Of a stretch of 51,988 bases of DNA, positions 1 to 10,351 are shown one piece after another (position 1 is the stretch's first letter; each line of letters opens with the position of its first letter). This stretch comes from Verrucomicrobiota bacterium. Lineage in GTDB: Bacteria; Verrucomicrobiota; Verrucomicrobiia; Limisphaerales; JADLHS01. Under the pieces are notes generated by a model that had not been told where the DNA came from, searched no databases, and worked only from the letters and a program-made list of their open reading frames with translations. Location of the stretch: NCBI GenBank assembly GCA_025350905.1, contig JANXWY010000341.1:1-51988 (forward strand), in the 5' to 3' direction. The position numbers and the translations under genes were made by a program.

Positions 1-86
1 TTCTTGCGACCCCAGTTGTAAATGTCCTCCAGCGTCGTGGTGAAGACGCCCTGCTTCTGCAATTCGTTTTTGAGTCCTTCGTCCAT
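1..86 (-). CDS. nuoB: NADH-quinone oxidoreductase subunit B, N-terminal part (runs off window)
   Basis: Reverse strand from ATG at 86 reads MDEGLKNELQKQGVFTTTLEDIYNWGRK, matching the NuoB N-terminal pattern; directly downstream of nuoA. Confidence 0.8.
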   Translation of the reverse strand, partial: MDEGLKNELQKQGVFTTTLEDIYNWGRK

Positions 87-169
87 CCTCGAGTCTTGAT
101 CGCGACCTTAATTTTAGTCTTGCCCGTCATCACCCTTACGAAAAACCGATTTGAACCAGGCGGAGCAAG

Positions 170-547
170 TCACTTCCACGTCAGCACACCTTTCATCCAC
201 GCCCAAGCCAGCCCTTCGACCAGCAAGAGTATAAAAACGGCCATGGCGACAAACGCGCCTGCGCCCAGCCCAGTGAACGCCACCGCGAACGGCAAGAGGA
301 AAATGGTCTCGACGTCAAAAATTAGAAAGATGATGCCGTAGAGATAATATTCCGCCTTGAACTGGATCCAGGCATCGCCCTTCGATTCCAAACCACACTC
401 GTAGGTGGCGTTTTTGTCCGGCCCCGGTTTGTTGGGCGAATATTTCTTCGCCCACAACCAGGCGAGCAGGAGCGGCGTGGCCGCGAACGCAACTGCGGCG
501 ATCACCATGGTGACCACGAAGAGATAGGGACTGTATTCGCCCGGCAT
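170..547 (-). CDS. nuoA: NADH-quinone oxidoreductase subunit A
   Basis: 125 aa, 3 TM segments, YECG loop, FLIFDVE motif, C-terminal KGVLTW. Confidence 0.93.
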   Translation of the reverse strand: MPGEYSPYLFVVTMVIAAVAFAATPLLLAWLWAKKYSPNKPGPDKNATYECGLESKGDAWIQFKAEYYLYGIIFLIFDVETIFLLPFAVAFTGLGAGAFVAMAVFILLLVEGLAWAWMKGVLTWK

Positions 548-550
548 AGG

Positions 551-826
551 TCAGTTCGGTTTCGGTTTCGTGTCGCCTCGTTGCAAGCCGAATTCGTGGG
601 CGATGTCGTCAAATTCATCGTAGCTGACTTCGTGGAGTTGTTTGCCCTTGGCCTTGAGCTTCTCATTGATCTTGATGGCCTTCTCGGTCATCTGCTCATG
701 CGTCTCCTGCGTGCCGCCGACCAGGGCGAAATTCGGGCCGGTGGTGACCCGCTTGTGACCGTCGGAATCGAGGCCGACGCCGAGGAGCATTGCCCTGCGC
801 TTTTTCTTTGAACCGGCTTTCGCCAT
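551..826 (-). CDS. Hypothetical protein (91 aa)
   Basis: Protein-like ORF ending 3 nt before nuoA start; preceded by TTGACC-N17-TAGCCT. Confidence 0.75.
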   Translation of the reverse strand: MAKAGSKKKRRAMLLGVGLDSDGHKRVTTGPNFALVGGTQETHEQMTEKAIKINEKLKAKGKQLHEVSYDEFDDIAHEFGLQRGDTKPKPN

Positions 827-832
827 GCGGGC

Positions 833-861
833 AGGCTAGAGCGAAGCGCCGAAACGGTCAA
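833..861 (-). promoter_or_regulatory. Sigma70-like promoter 6 nt before ATG 826 (leaderless-type)
   Basis: TTGACC-17 nt-TAGCCT-6 nt-ATG. Confidence 0.55.
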
Positions 862-867
862 AGGATT

Positions 868-1593
868 TCACTCGCTCGCCGCGGGCAAAGCCACGGTCAG
901 TGGCTTGCCGTTATCGCCCGGCCCGAGTTGTAGGAGCAACGGGGCGGCGACCCGGGCCCATGCCTCGGCGGAAGGATAGTTCGCCGCCGAAACGCCAAAA
1001 CAGCTGCGCAGCATGTCCGTGTTGATGATCCCGGGGTTCAAGGCGAGCGCCGCCATGCTGGAGGGCAGCTCCTGCGCGAACGCTTGCGTCAAGCCTTCGA
1101 TCGCCCATTTGGTCGCACAATACGGCGCCACCTCCGCCTCCGTGACCCGGCCCCAACCCGAACTAAAATTCACGAACACGCCCTGCTTACGCCGCACCAT
1201 CTCCGGGGCGAAATGCCGGATTATATTGGCCACGCCTTTGAGGTTGGTGTCCACCACTTCGGAGAATTCGCGCGCGCTGATTTCCCAGAGCCGGGCATTG
1301 GCATTGATGACGCCGGCGTTGTTCAACACCAAATCCGGCACGCCCTGCGAACTCAGCACCACACTGGCCCACGTCTTCACCGCATCGTCGTCCGCCACGT
1401 TGACCGCGTAGAACGCGTGCGGCTTCCCGATGACCGAGCGCAGCTTTTCGATCTCCCGGGTCGAACGACCGCAACCCGCCACGATATGATCGAGCCGCGC
1501 GAATTCGTCCACCAAAGCGCGGCCCAAGCCGCGCGTGACGCCGGTGATCAAAATGAGTTTTCCGCTGGGCACTTTCGGATTCTGTTCCACCAA
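868..1593 (-). CDS. Short-chain dehydrogenase/reductase (SDR)
   Basis: TGxxxGxG (TGVTRGLG), NNAG, catalytic YxxxK (YCATK). Confidence 0.92.
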   Translation of the reverse strand: MVEQNPKVPSGKLILITGVTRGLGRALVDEFARLDHIVAGCGRSTREIEKLRSVIGKPHAFYAVNVADDDAVKTWASVVLSSQGVPDLVLNNAGVINANARLWEISAREFSEVVDTNLKGVANIIRHFAPEMVRRKQGVFVNFSSGWGRVTEAEVAPYCATKWAIEGLTQAFAQELPSSMAALALNPGIINTDMLRSCFGVSAANYPSAEAWARVAAPLLLQLGPGDNGKPLTVALPAASE

Positions 1594-1624
1594 CGCAGCG
1601 ATTCAAAGCCTTTTTTCCGCCCGC

Positions 1625-2656
1625 CTATTCGCGAGGCTTGAACTTTGATTCGTGCGCCAGCTTTTCCCAGAGCGCCCGTTCACCGTCCGCCACCTGCACC
1701 GGCACCTCCACCCGCGCCACGACGAGCAGGTCGCCGGGGCCCGCGTCCCGTTGCGGCAAGCCGCGGCCCCGCACACGCAACTTCTGGCCATTCTGGGTGC
1801 CGGGGGGAATCTTGATGTTGACGCGCCCGGCGAGCGTCGGCACGGAGAGGTTTGTGCCCAACACCGCTTCCCACGGCGCGAGCGCGGCTTCATAAATCAA
1901 ATTGGAATCCTCGACCTCGAAGTCCGGATGCCGGGCGAGGCGCACGCGCAAGATCAAATCGCCAGCCGCGCCACCCCGCGCGCCCGCTTCGCCGCGCCCG
2001 GCGACCCGCAGCCGCTGGCCTTCTGCAACCCCCGCCGGAATTTTCACCTGATACGTTTCAGACTTGGCCACCCGCCCTCCGCCGGCGCACGCCGGGCAAA
2101 CGCGTTGTCCCTGGCGGCCCGTGCCGGCACACTCAACGCAGGCAACCGCATGCCGCACATTCACCGCGCGTTGCGATCCTTGCATCGCTTCTTCGAGCGC
2201 CACCATCAAATCGCCCTCGACGTCGCGGCCCCGCTCACTCAAATCGTCCTCCGCAAAACGGCCAGTCCCGCCCGCGTGGCGCGCCCCGAACATTTCCTCA
2301 AAAAAATCGCTAAAGCCCGTGCCGCCGAATTGAAATTCAAAATCGGCCTTGCCCGGCCCGCCGTGGGTGCGGGTCCGGCCCCCATTGGCCCCGGCCCAAC
2401 CCGGCGGCGGACGAAACTCCGAACCGGATTTCCAATTCGCCCCCAATTGGTCGTAACGTTTGCGCTTCGCGGCGTCGCCCAGAACTTCGTACGCCTCGTT
2501 GATCTCCTTGAATTTTTCCTCAGCCTTCTTCTTATCTTTCGCGACATCGGGATGATATTCGCGCGCGAGTTTGCGAAACGCCTTTTTGAGCTCCGCCTCA
2601 CTGGCCGTGCGCGGCACGCCCAACGTCGCGTAATAGTCTTTGAATTGCAGGGCCAT
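1625..2656 (-). CDS. DnaJ-class co-chaperone (CbpA/DnaJ-like)
   Basis: J-domain with HPD, G/F-rich linker, two CxxCxGxG motifs, DnaJ C-terminal domain. Confidence 0.92.
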   Translation of the reverse strand: MALQFKDYYATLGVPRTASEAELKKAFRKLAREYHPDVAKDKKKAEEKFKEINEAYEVLGDAAKRKRYDQLGANWKSGSEFRPPPGWAGANGGRTRTHGGPGKADFEFQFGGTGFSDFFEEMFGARHAGGTGRFAEDDLSERGRDVEGDLMVALEEAMQGSQRAVNVRHAVACVECAGTGRQGQRVCPACAGGGRVAKSETYQVKIPAGVAEGQRLRVAGRGEAGARGGAAGDLILRVRLARHPDFEVEDSNLIYEAALAPWEAVLGTNLSVPTLAGRVNIKIPPGTQNGQKLRVRGRGLPQRDAGPGDLLVVARVEVPVQVADGERALWEKLAHESKFKPRE

Positions 2657-2913
2657 TTTAGTTTTGAGACCGCCCGCAGGCGGCGCAAGTAAAAATCATG
2701 CCCGCTGGCGGCGGATTGTCAAAGCCGCGTTGAAAGGCTCGGGGGAGTCCGCTTCGTGGCCAGCGCAATTCGCGAACATCGAAATTTCCAGCGCGACCGT
2801 CCCGGCCTCGTGTCGAATTCGCTTGGCGGCGCGGGATTCAGCGCTATTCACCAGATAGGAATGGAAACCCGCTGTCAAGGAAGCCAAGGCGGGAACTACC
2901 GCTTCCAAGGCTA

Positions 2914-2953
2914 AATTGAAAATCCGGTCGAGCCGTGGCTTCCTCGACCGGAT
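2914..2953 (-). terminator. Rho-independent terminator after degP-like gene
   Basis: ATCCGGTCGAG/CTCGACCGGAT 11-bp stem followed on the minus strand by TTTCAATTT. Confidence 0.6.
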
Positions 2954-2973
2954 CGTGCGAGGGGTATTGCAGA

Positions 2974-4500
2974 TTATTTCTTTTTTGGGCTCGTCGCCAC
3001 GGAAAGATAGCGCGAACCGCCGCTGGCCGAACTGTAAACGCGGAGCCAGATTCGATCGCCTTTTACATTGTGGGTCAGTTCCACGGCTTCGTCCGCACTC
3101 CGCACCGGATGACGATTGATCTCCACGATCACGTCACCCACTCGCAGCCGGGCTTCCGCGGCGGGCGAATCGGCTTCCACTTTTTTCACCAGCGCCCCCC
3201 GGATGCGCGGGGGAATTTCGTACTGCTGCCGCGCGCTGGCGTCCAGATCGGCGACTTCCACGCCTTCGAGCGCGTCCGTTTCGGGATCGGCTCGATCCGG
3301 GTTTAGCTCCGGCCTGCCATTGCGCCCGAAGTTTTCAGGCTGGGTTGCCATACTCACATTAAAACTCTGTTCCTTGCCATCCCGGAGAATCTTAATCGTC
3401 GCTTTTGCATCCGGCGAAACTTGGGAAACCATCAAACGGAGATGCGGACGGTCGGTAACCTTCTTCCCGTTAAACTCGATGATGACGTCGTCGCGCTGAA
3501 TCCCGGCCCGTTCCGCCGGGGTGTTGGGCAAGACCTCCGTGATGAGAACGCCGGTGGTATCCGGGAGATGAAATTCCCGGGCGATCTCCGGGGTGATCTC
3601 GGGTTGCATGGCCACGCCGAGATAGCCACGCGTCACTTTGCCATCCGCCACGATGCGCTCCAAAACTGAGCGCGCGAGATTGACGGGCACGGCAAAACCC
3701 ACGCCCGCGTTGCCGCCGCTTGGGCTGGCGATGGATTGGTTGATGCCAATCAGCCGGCCTTCCGCATCCACCAAGGCGCCGCCCGAATTGCCGGGGTTGA
3801 TGGCGGCGTCGGTCTGGATGAAATCTTCGTACTCCGCCATATTGCCAAACGGCATATCCGCCCGGCCCACCGCACTGATGATGCCCATCGAGACGCTTTG
3901 CCCGAGCCCAAATGGATTGCCGATCGCCAGCACCACATCACCCACTTCCAGTTGGTCACTATCCGCCAACGTCACGGCCGGGAGTTTCTTGGCCTCGATG
4001 CGCAACACTGCCAGATCGGTCCGCGGATCCGTGCCGATGATTTTCGCATCGTACTTGGTTTTCCCGTCGGCGAGCGCGATTTTTAAACTGTCGGCGTCCG
4101 CGCCTTCGATCACGTGATTGTTCGTGAGGATGTAGCCGTCTTCCGAGACAATGACGCCCGAGCCCTGGCTTTCTTCCCGGCGCCCACGCGATCCGCGGGG
4201 GCTGGCGTCCGGGTCTTCCCCGAAGAACCGGCGAAAGGCCGGATCTTCCATAAACGAGTTCCGCGATTGCCGGGTGTGGGTGGAATAAATCGTCACGACG
4301 CTGGGAGTGACGCGTTTGATCACCGGCGCGTAGCTAACGCCCCGGGCGGAGCGATCCACGGGCCGGTCGGACACCGTCGTTTTCAAGGGCTCGCGCGCCG
4401 CCAGCGTCAGCGCGGTCAGACAACTGAGACCCAGCACTCGGATCAAACTGGCTGGATACGGCATGGCAACAAAAACATTTTTCATTTTAAAAAACCACAT
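2974..4500 (-). CDS. degP: DegP/HtrA (Do-family) serine endoprotease with two PDZ domains; true start may be 4485 or 4464
   Basis: Signal peptide, TNNHV, DLAV, GNSGG catalytic motifs, two PDZ domains. Confidence 0.93.
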   Translation of the reverse strand: MWFFKMKNVFVAMPYPASLIRVLGLSCLTALTLAAREPLKTTVSDRPVDRSARGVSYAPVIKRVTPSVVTIYSTHTRQSRNSFMEDPAFRRFFGEDPDASPRGSRGRREESQGSGVIVSEDGYILTNNHVIEGADADSLKIALADGKTKYDAKIIGTDPRTDLAVLRIEAKKLPAVTLADSDQLEVGDVVLAIGNPFGLGQSVSMGIISAVGRADMPFGNMAEYEDFIQTDAAINPGNSGGALVDAEGRLIGINQSIASPSGGNAGVGFAVPVNLARSVLERIVADGKVTRGYLGVAMQPEITPEIAREFHLPDTTGVLITEVLPNTPAERAGIQRDDVIIEFNGKKVTDRPHLRLMVSQVSPDAKATIKILRDGKEQSFNVSMATQPENFGRNGRPELNPDRADPETDALEGVEVADLDASARQQYEIPPRIRGALVKKVEADSPAAEARLRVGDVIVEINRHPVRSADEAVELTHNVKGDRIWLRVYSSASGGSRYLSVATSPKKK

Positions 4501-4722
4501 TCCTCGGTTCAGGATTCAACTTAACACCAATTTTCCAGACTGGTGGCGAACCGTTCACGGGAATTGACATCGGGGATCGGGAATTTGTTCAACCGAGCTC
4601 CCAGGTCAGGAAGTGGTTGCGTGCCCCGGCGGAGACCGTCACCCGCTGCGACCGGCGGAGCGGTTCCTTTTTAAACCCTCATGGTTGACACCGTCTGGTG
4701 ATTTCGTTCAGCTAATCCGCAC

Positions 4723-6357
4723 ATGGCAAAATGCAAAATGCTTCAACTCATCCTGGCCGCGCTGGGCTGGGCCCTCCTGACGTTGGGCGCGGAGGTCTGT
4801 GCCGCGAGTTTCCCCGTGATTCCCAAGTGGCACCGGTTTGAGCTCACCCTCACGAGCCGCCACGCCTACACCAATGCGCTGCAGGAGGCCGAGGTGCGCG
4901 TGCTATTCGTCTCGCCGCTGGGGGAAACGAATCGCACGTACGGCTTTTGGGATGGCGGCAAAACCTGGCGCGTACGCTTCGCGCCGAATTTTCCCGGTCG
5001 TTGGCGCTATTACACCATGTGCTCGGACCCAGCCAATCCGGGGTTGAACGGACAGGCGGGCGAGTTTTTGTGCATCGCGGCGACCGGCGATTCGCGATTC
5101 GACGAACATGGTCCGATCCAGGTGGCACGGGATCAGGAACATTTTGAGCAGGCGGACCGCACGCCCTTTCTGTGGCTGGGGGACGCCGCGTGGGACGCGC
5201 CCCCCCGCGCGACGGATTCTGATTGGAAGCAGTACGCGCAGACCCGCGCCGCACAGAAGTTCAATACCGTGCAATGGCGATTGGCGCCCGCCGCGGCCAC
5301 CGCCGCCGCGCGGCCAACCCCGGAGCCGTACACGGGTCGGGAATGCATCACGCTTAATCTTGGTTTCTTCCAACATCTCGACGCCAAAGTGGATGGCCTC
5401 ACCCGCGCTGGATTACTCAACGCCATTGCGCCGCTTTGGGAAATTGGCGCGCGGGCGGACCAAAGTTTACCCGAGGATCAAGCCATCATCCTGTTGCGCT
5501 ATGCCGTCGCGCGCTGGGGGGGCAACCCGGTCGCGTGGATCGTCGCATTTGAAAGCGACAGCACCGGCGAGCAAGCGGCGCGCTGGCAACGCATCGGGCG
5601 GGCGGTGTTCAACCCCGTGACGCACGGGCCGGTGATCGTGTTGCCGGGCGAAGCGCCCTGGGTGCTGCCCGCTTTCCGAAAGGAATCCTGGGCGGATGCC
5701 TTGGGCTTCCAGACAACGCAGGTCACGGACGAAGACGCTTTGCCATGGCTGATCCAGGGCCCCCTTTCGCTCGAGCGACAAAAGCTCCCGGTTCGTCCGT
5801 TGATCACGCTGTCACCTGCCGTTGAATTACTGCCGGCGGAGGCGCGCGAGCAGCCTGACGCTACCAATTTTGTTCGCCGAGTCCTGTGGTGGAGTCTGTT
5901 GATTAACACGCCCGCCGGGGTGAGCTATTCCACCAGGGACGTTGCGGATTGGACTCGGGCGAAAACCGACGCTGCCGAGCCACCGTGGCGTACGGCACTC
6001 TCAATGCCGGGCGCGGAAGCGATGGCGCCGCTGGCGGAATGTTTTGGCGCGATCGATTTCTGGCGATTGAAGCCAGTCGCCCAAGGGGGAATGGTTCGGT
6101 CGGGAACCAGTTCCCTCAGCAACCCTGTGGCGGCCAGCAGCACAGACGGCGGCAACTTGCTTTTGATTTACATGCCGGCCGAACGCGCGTTCCAGTTACC
6201 GCCGGGATCCTGGGCCGTCTCGGAAAACGCAACATGGCTGGACCCGAGTACGGGGCAACGTCGCCCTGCCGCGGCCGTCGTCGCAAGTCCGGCGGGCTGG
6301 GAATTCACCAAGCCGGATGGGAAAGATTGGGTGCTGGTAGTTCGCGCTCGGCGTTGA
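4723..6357 (+). CDS. Secreted DUF5060/DUF4038 (apiosidase-like) glycoside hydrolase-family protein
   Basis: Signal peptide; GFWDGGKTWRVRFAP (DUF5060-like) followed by PFLWLGDAAW (DUF4038-like); C-terminal DWVLV. Confidence 0.75.
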   Translation: MAKCKMLQLILAALGWALLTLGAEVCAASFPVIPKWHRFELTLTSRHAYTNALQEAEVRVLFVSPLGETNRTYGFWDGGKTWRVRFAPNFPGRWRYYTMCSDPANPGLNGQAGEFLCIAATGDSRFDEHGPIQVARDQEHFEQADRTPFLWLGDAAWDAPPRATDSDWKQYAQTRAAQKFNTVQWRLAPAAATAAARPTPEPYTGRECITLNLGFFQHLDAKVDGLTRAGLLNAIAPLWEIGARADQSLPEDQAIILLRYAVARWGGNPVAWIVAFESDSTGEQAARWQRIGRAVFNPVTHGPVIVLPGEAPWVLPAFRKESWADALGFQTTQVTDEDALPWLIQGPLSLERQKLPVRPLITLSPAVELLPAEAREQPDATNFVRRVLWWSLLINTPAGVSYSTRDVADWTRAKTDAAEPPWRTALSMPGAEAMAPLAECFGAIDFWRLKPVAQGGMVRSGTSSLSNPVAASSTDGGNLLLIYMPAERAFQLPPGSWAVSENATWLDPSTGQRRPAAAVVASPAGWEFTKPDGKDWVLVVRARR

Positions 6358-6444
6358 TCCGGCGAGCGGGCCCGACGCAAAAAATTCGATGGCGTTATTG
6401 ACAACCCAAGACGGGGTTGGGATGTTGTGCGGCCTTTGCTGGTT

Positions 6445-6520
<76 letters not shown>

Positions 6521-6652
6521 CTTTTTCCCTGTGTGGCTTTGCACCGTGACCGCGGTAGCGGAATAAAAGTTTAACAAAGTCTGGCGTCGCCATCGGCTTT
6601 GTGTAAACGTCCCGCAACGGTTCGCGACAACGCGACGGAATGGCAGTGGATT

Positions 6653-7054
6653 ATGAGCAAGCCTGAAATTGTGCCCCGCAAAATTCTCGTGGTGGACGAT
6701 GAACCCTACGTCTGCGATGCCGTTCGAATGATGTTGGCGTTCGACGGACATCTGGTGGAGACCGCCGCCAGCGGCAAGGACGCGCTCGCCATGTTTACCC
6801 CGGGCAAGTACGACCTCGTCATCACCGATTACGCCATGCCCGCGATGAAAGGGGATGAACTAGCGGTGGCCATCAAATCTCGGGCGCCCAGCCAACCGGT
6901 CGTTTTGATCACAGCCTACGCCGAGATGCTCAAAGCCTCGGACGATCCACTCCCCGGCGTGGATTTTATCGTCAGCAAACCGTTCCTGCTGGAAAACCTC
7001 CGCGAGGCGGTCGAGAAAACGACCGCCGTCGTCAAAGACGTTGTAAAACACTGA
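6653..7054 (+). CDS. Single-domain response regulator (receiver)
   Basis: VVDDE, TDYAMP (phospho-Asp), ITAY, SKPF; start placed at the second Met. Confidence 0.9.
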   Translation: MSKPEIVPRKILVVDDEPYVCDAVRMMLAFDGHLVETAASGKDALAMFTPGKYDLVITDYAMPAMKGDELAVAIKSRAPSQPVVLITAYAEMLKASDDPLPGVDFIVSKPFLLENLREAVEKTTAVVKDVVKH

Positions 7055-7981
7055 GCCGAATCATTCCGGTGCCGCAGCCACCACGGTCAACCGAACGGCT
7101 TACTCCTCAGGTCCTCAATCCATCTCGCAGCACCGGCGGCCGGGTTCCGAGTGCGGCCGATAGGGAAAATGTGCGTGCCCCTTCTGACTCGGGAAACCTG
7201 GGTCTGCTGAAACACCGGTCCGGAGCCGGGTGGTCGGACCCGCTCAAAACGCCCAGCGCCACGGTCACCGGCTGACGCGCGAGGCGGACCAGGCTCCAGA
7301 AATCGGACCCGAGCAGCCGAAAGATAATTTCTCCGCAATTGAAAGTCTGCTTGACCGCAAAGGAAACGATCGCGGGAAACCTTTGAACGGAGAACCACCA
7401 CCGCGGTCGAACCACCACTGGAACACTTGGCGGCGCAACTGGACTGGCTCAAAAAGCAATTCTGGTAACCGAACGAATGTTTTTGCGCACAGCGCAGGTA
7501 GAATTGGCGCTTTCGTTCCGCGCCTGTGTGGGCAATGCGAGTTGCTCAAAACTAGGGGCAGCCCTTACCAAGGCGAACCAAGAAGCGAAACAGCAGAGAA
7601 CTTGAAATCGATGAAGCGGGTCAAAGCGCTCCAGCGCGAGGGCCGGCGGAGCGACGACCGCACCTGACCTGACCTGAGATCTGTTTTGGGAGGTCAAAGG
7701 AAGTAGCACGAAAAGGCTCATTGCGAAACAAACGAAACAAGAAGAGCGGGAAGCAGTAACTGCCATGGCCGTTGCGCTCCCCGGACCACAAATCCAATCC
7801 GGCGTGCAGGTGAAGTGAAAAAGCCAGTGACCCACGAACTCAAGAAAACGCACTTAGTTTGCTGCGCGCACGGTTCCAGCTTGAGGCCCCGTACGGCTCC
7901 CGAACTCCTCGAAGGTATCGAGTCCGTATTTTTCCATGGCATTTACGTAATCAATCCCATTGCTAACCGAGGCCGGTTCGG

Positions 7982-8608
7982 ATGAAACTCGCATATCACA
8001 ACAGTGCGGTGACGTTGGGTATGGATGTAGAAGCCAAGGGAAATGCGGAGGTAAGTACCAGTGCGAGCTCGCCGAACAGGAATGAACGCAAACGGGATTA
8101 TTTCGGCTTGGGGCGAAACATTATCCACCAAGTTCTCAGCTGTCTGTTGGTGGCGACGGCCGCGTACGGCTGCTTTCAATTCATCACGCATTTCGTACTG
8201 CAATCCGTCCAGGTCGTTGGCGGCAGTATGTCGCCCACATTGCACGACTCCGAGCGGTATCTTCTAAATCGCTGGGTTTATCATATTCGCGCACCCCAAC
8301 CCAAGGACATCGTGGTTTTGCTTGACCCGGAAGACAAAGGCTACGCGGTCAAACGGATTGTCGCCCAGTCAGGGGATATGGTTTATGTCAACAAAGCCGG
8401 GCAAATTTTCGTAAACGGAAAGCTGTTGACCGAACCGTACCTTCCGCCCGGCACGAAGACCTATGCCAGCGCGCGCGTGCGAGAGGAAATGTGGATTTGT
8501 GGCGTAAACCAATACTTTGTACTGGGGGATAACCGCAATAACAGCGCCGATAGCCGGATGTACGGCGCCGTCGCGCGGCAGGATATTTTGGGGCTGGTGC
8601 TACCTTGA
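7982..8608 (+). CDS. lepB: Signal peptidase I
   Basis: TM segment, GGSMSPTL (Ser), VKRIVA (Lys), GDNRNNSADSR. Confidence 0.9.
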   Translation: MKLAYHNSAVTLGMDVEAKGNAEVSTSASSPNRNERKRDYFGLGRNIIHQVLSCLLVATAAYGCFQFITHFVLQSVQVVGGSMSPTLHDSERYLLNRWVYHIRAPQPKDIVVLLDPEDKGYAVKRIVAQSGDMVYVNKAGQIFVNGKLLTEPYLPPGTKTYASARVREEMWICGVNQYFVLGDNRNNSADSRMYGAVARQDILGLVLP

Positions 8609-8687
8609 GCCAGCGGTCACCGGGCTTGCAAGCCAGTCGCTGGTAGTTATTCCGATGTCCCGTGGGGAATTGCCAGCGGCTGACCAG

Positions 8688-9449
8688 CTACCTCAATTTC
8701 CGGACCACGCCAGCTACATCCAGCAGCGCCACCAGTTCGCACTCGTTCCGCCGCAAACAAAATTCCACGTCGTCCCGCAAGTTCTCGTTGGCCATCAAGC
8801 GCCGCCCATTCTGCGAACGACTGATCGCGCCGCGCACGTCTCCGCGCACTTCCCCATGAACGCCGCGGGCGACTTCCGCCGAATCCAGCAATTCGGCACC
8901 CGCACACCGGTGCACCAACATCTCGCACAACGCCCCCGCGCCAACGATATCCTCCCACGCCGGCAACGCCGCGGTGCCGGCACAAACCAAAAGGATCCGT
9001 TCCGTGGCTTGCTGCGCCAGCCAGTCCGCGGTCGCATCGAGATTTAGAAAGGAAGCCACGACCACGCTCCGCGCCCGGGCGCAGGCTCGCAACGCCCGCG
9101 TCCCGTTCGTGGTGGTCGAGATGAGGGTCCGGCCGGCGACCCGCTGGCGGGTGTATTCACGCGGTGAATTGCCCAGATCGAATTCCACTCCCCCGCTTTG
9201 CTCCGCGGTAATCCGCAAGCCGTCGCGCTCGCCCGCAAGCAGCGCGTCCGGATGCCGGGCCCGCAACGCCAGCGCCTCGGAGATTTCGAGCGCCGGCACG
9301 AAGCCCGCCGCCCCATTTGCCAGTCCCGCGACCATTACGCTCGTCGCGCGCAACACATCCAACACTCCACAAACGGCATCCTCAAAACCAGTTGCCGCCC
9401 GCGCCTGATAGTCAGCTGGACCTAAACACACTTCGATGGTTACCGCCAT
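8688..9449 (-). CDS. comB: 2-phosphosulfolactate phosphatase family protein
   Basis: DVLRATS, LAGERDG, FDLGNSP, STTNGT, ED motifs; start re-placed to ATG 9449. Confidence 0.88.
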   Translation of the reverse strand: MAVTIEVCLGPADYQARAATGFEDAVCGVLDVLRATSVMVAGLANGAAGFVPALEISEALALRARHPDALLAGERDGLRITAEQSGGVEFDLGNSPREYTRQRVAGRTLISTTTNGTRALRACARARSVVVASFLNLDATADWLAQQATERILLVCAGTAALPAWEDIVGAGALCEMLVHRCAGAELLDSAEVARGVHGEVRGDVRGAISRSQNGRRLMANENLRDDVEFCLRRNECELVALLDVAGVVRKLR

Positions 9450-9486
9450 GCCGCATTGTAGGGTCGGCCGCTCGGCCCCAAAAGAT

Positions 9487-10347
9487 TTATCCGCGCCGCG
9501 TCCGGATGTGATGAAAAAGATATTGCTGGGCGTAACCCGCGTTGGGCCCAAAATGCTTGGCCGCGAATTGACGCAATCGCTCCGGTGGCATGGTGCGGCC
9601 GCGAAAATAGAATGTGCTCAGTGCGCGGGCGACCCAGACATCGATCGGAAACGCGGTTGGAAACCCATACGCAAAGAGCAACACACAGTCGGCAATTTTT
9701 TCTCCGACGCCGGGTAGCGCCAGCAACCGGGTGCGGGCCTCCGCCACCGGACACTGCTGGAGCTGTTCCGGCGCGAACTCGCCCGCCACGATCCGCCGGG
9801 CCGTGCCCAGCAGATACGGCGCGCGAAAGCCCATTTTGCATTCGCGCAACTCCGCCTCGCTCAAAGCGGCCACGCGCCGGGCGGTCGGAAAAGCAAACGC
9901 TAGCGAGCACCCGTCCGGCAGCGGGACGCGTTCGCCAAAACGCTCACTCAACGTCCGGACAATTTGCCGGATCTGCACAATCTGCTTGGTTGAGGACAAA
10001 ATAAATGATGCCAGACACTCCCATGGGTCCTGCCGCAAAAGCCGCAAACCGCGACAGGCGGCAACGGCAGCCTGCAAGTGTGGATCGTCCTGGGGAAAAG
10101 TAGCCAGCACTCCATTCAGTTCCACGTCGGCTTGCAGAAATGCGGTGAGCCAGGACCAATCGCGCTGCGGCTCGGCGGTTCGGCCCACGATGGTCTCTGC
10201 CGATTGTCGCAGATGTACCCCCCGCCCCTGCACCACGCCCACCCAGGCGTCGGCCACTCGCTCCCAGGCGAACACCTGACCCGAAGTCATTGTGGCGGTC
10301 AGATCGTAATTGCGCGCGGGCAGGCTGATTTCGGTCGTGGCCGCCAT
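9487..10347 (-). CDS. 8-oxoguanine DNA glycosylase (OGG1-like, HhH-GPD)
   Basis: SGQVFAW, GLRLLRQDPWECL, HhH LPGVGEKIADC, FPIDVW, GYAQQYLF. Confidence 0.9.
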   Translation of the reverse strand: MAATTEISLPARNYDLTATMTSGQVFAWERVADAWVGVVQGRGVHLRQSAETIVGRTAEPQRDWSWLTAFLQADVELNGVLATFPQDDPHLQAAVAACRGLRLLRQDPWECLASFILSSTKQIVQIRQIVRTLSERFGERVPLPDGCSLAFAFPTARRVAALSEAELRECKMGFRAPYLLGTARRIVAGEFAPEQLQQCPVAEARTRLLALPGVGEKIADCVLLFAYGFPTAFPIDVWVARALSTFYFRGRTMPPERLRQFAAKHFGPNAGYAQQYLFHHIRTRRG

Positions 10348-10351
10348 CGGG

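Noticed and set aside
4530-4570. SigmaE-type promoter upstream of degP
   Set aside because: GAAC and GTCTG motifs are only about 12 nt apart, too short
8688-9449. Coenzyme M pathway inferred from comB
   Set aside because: No comA/C/D/E nearby, and orphan ComB homologues are common in bacteria
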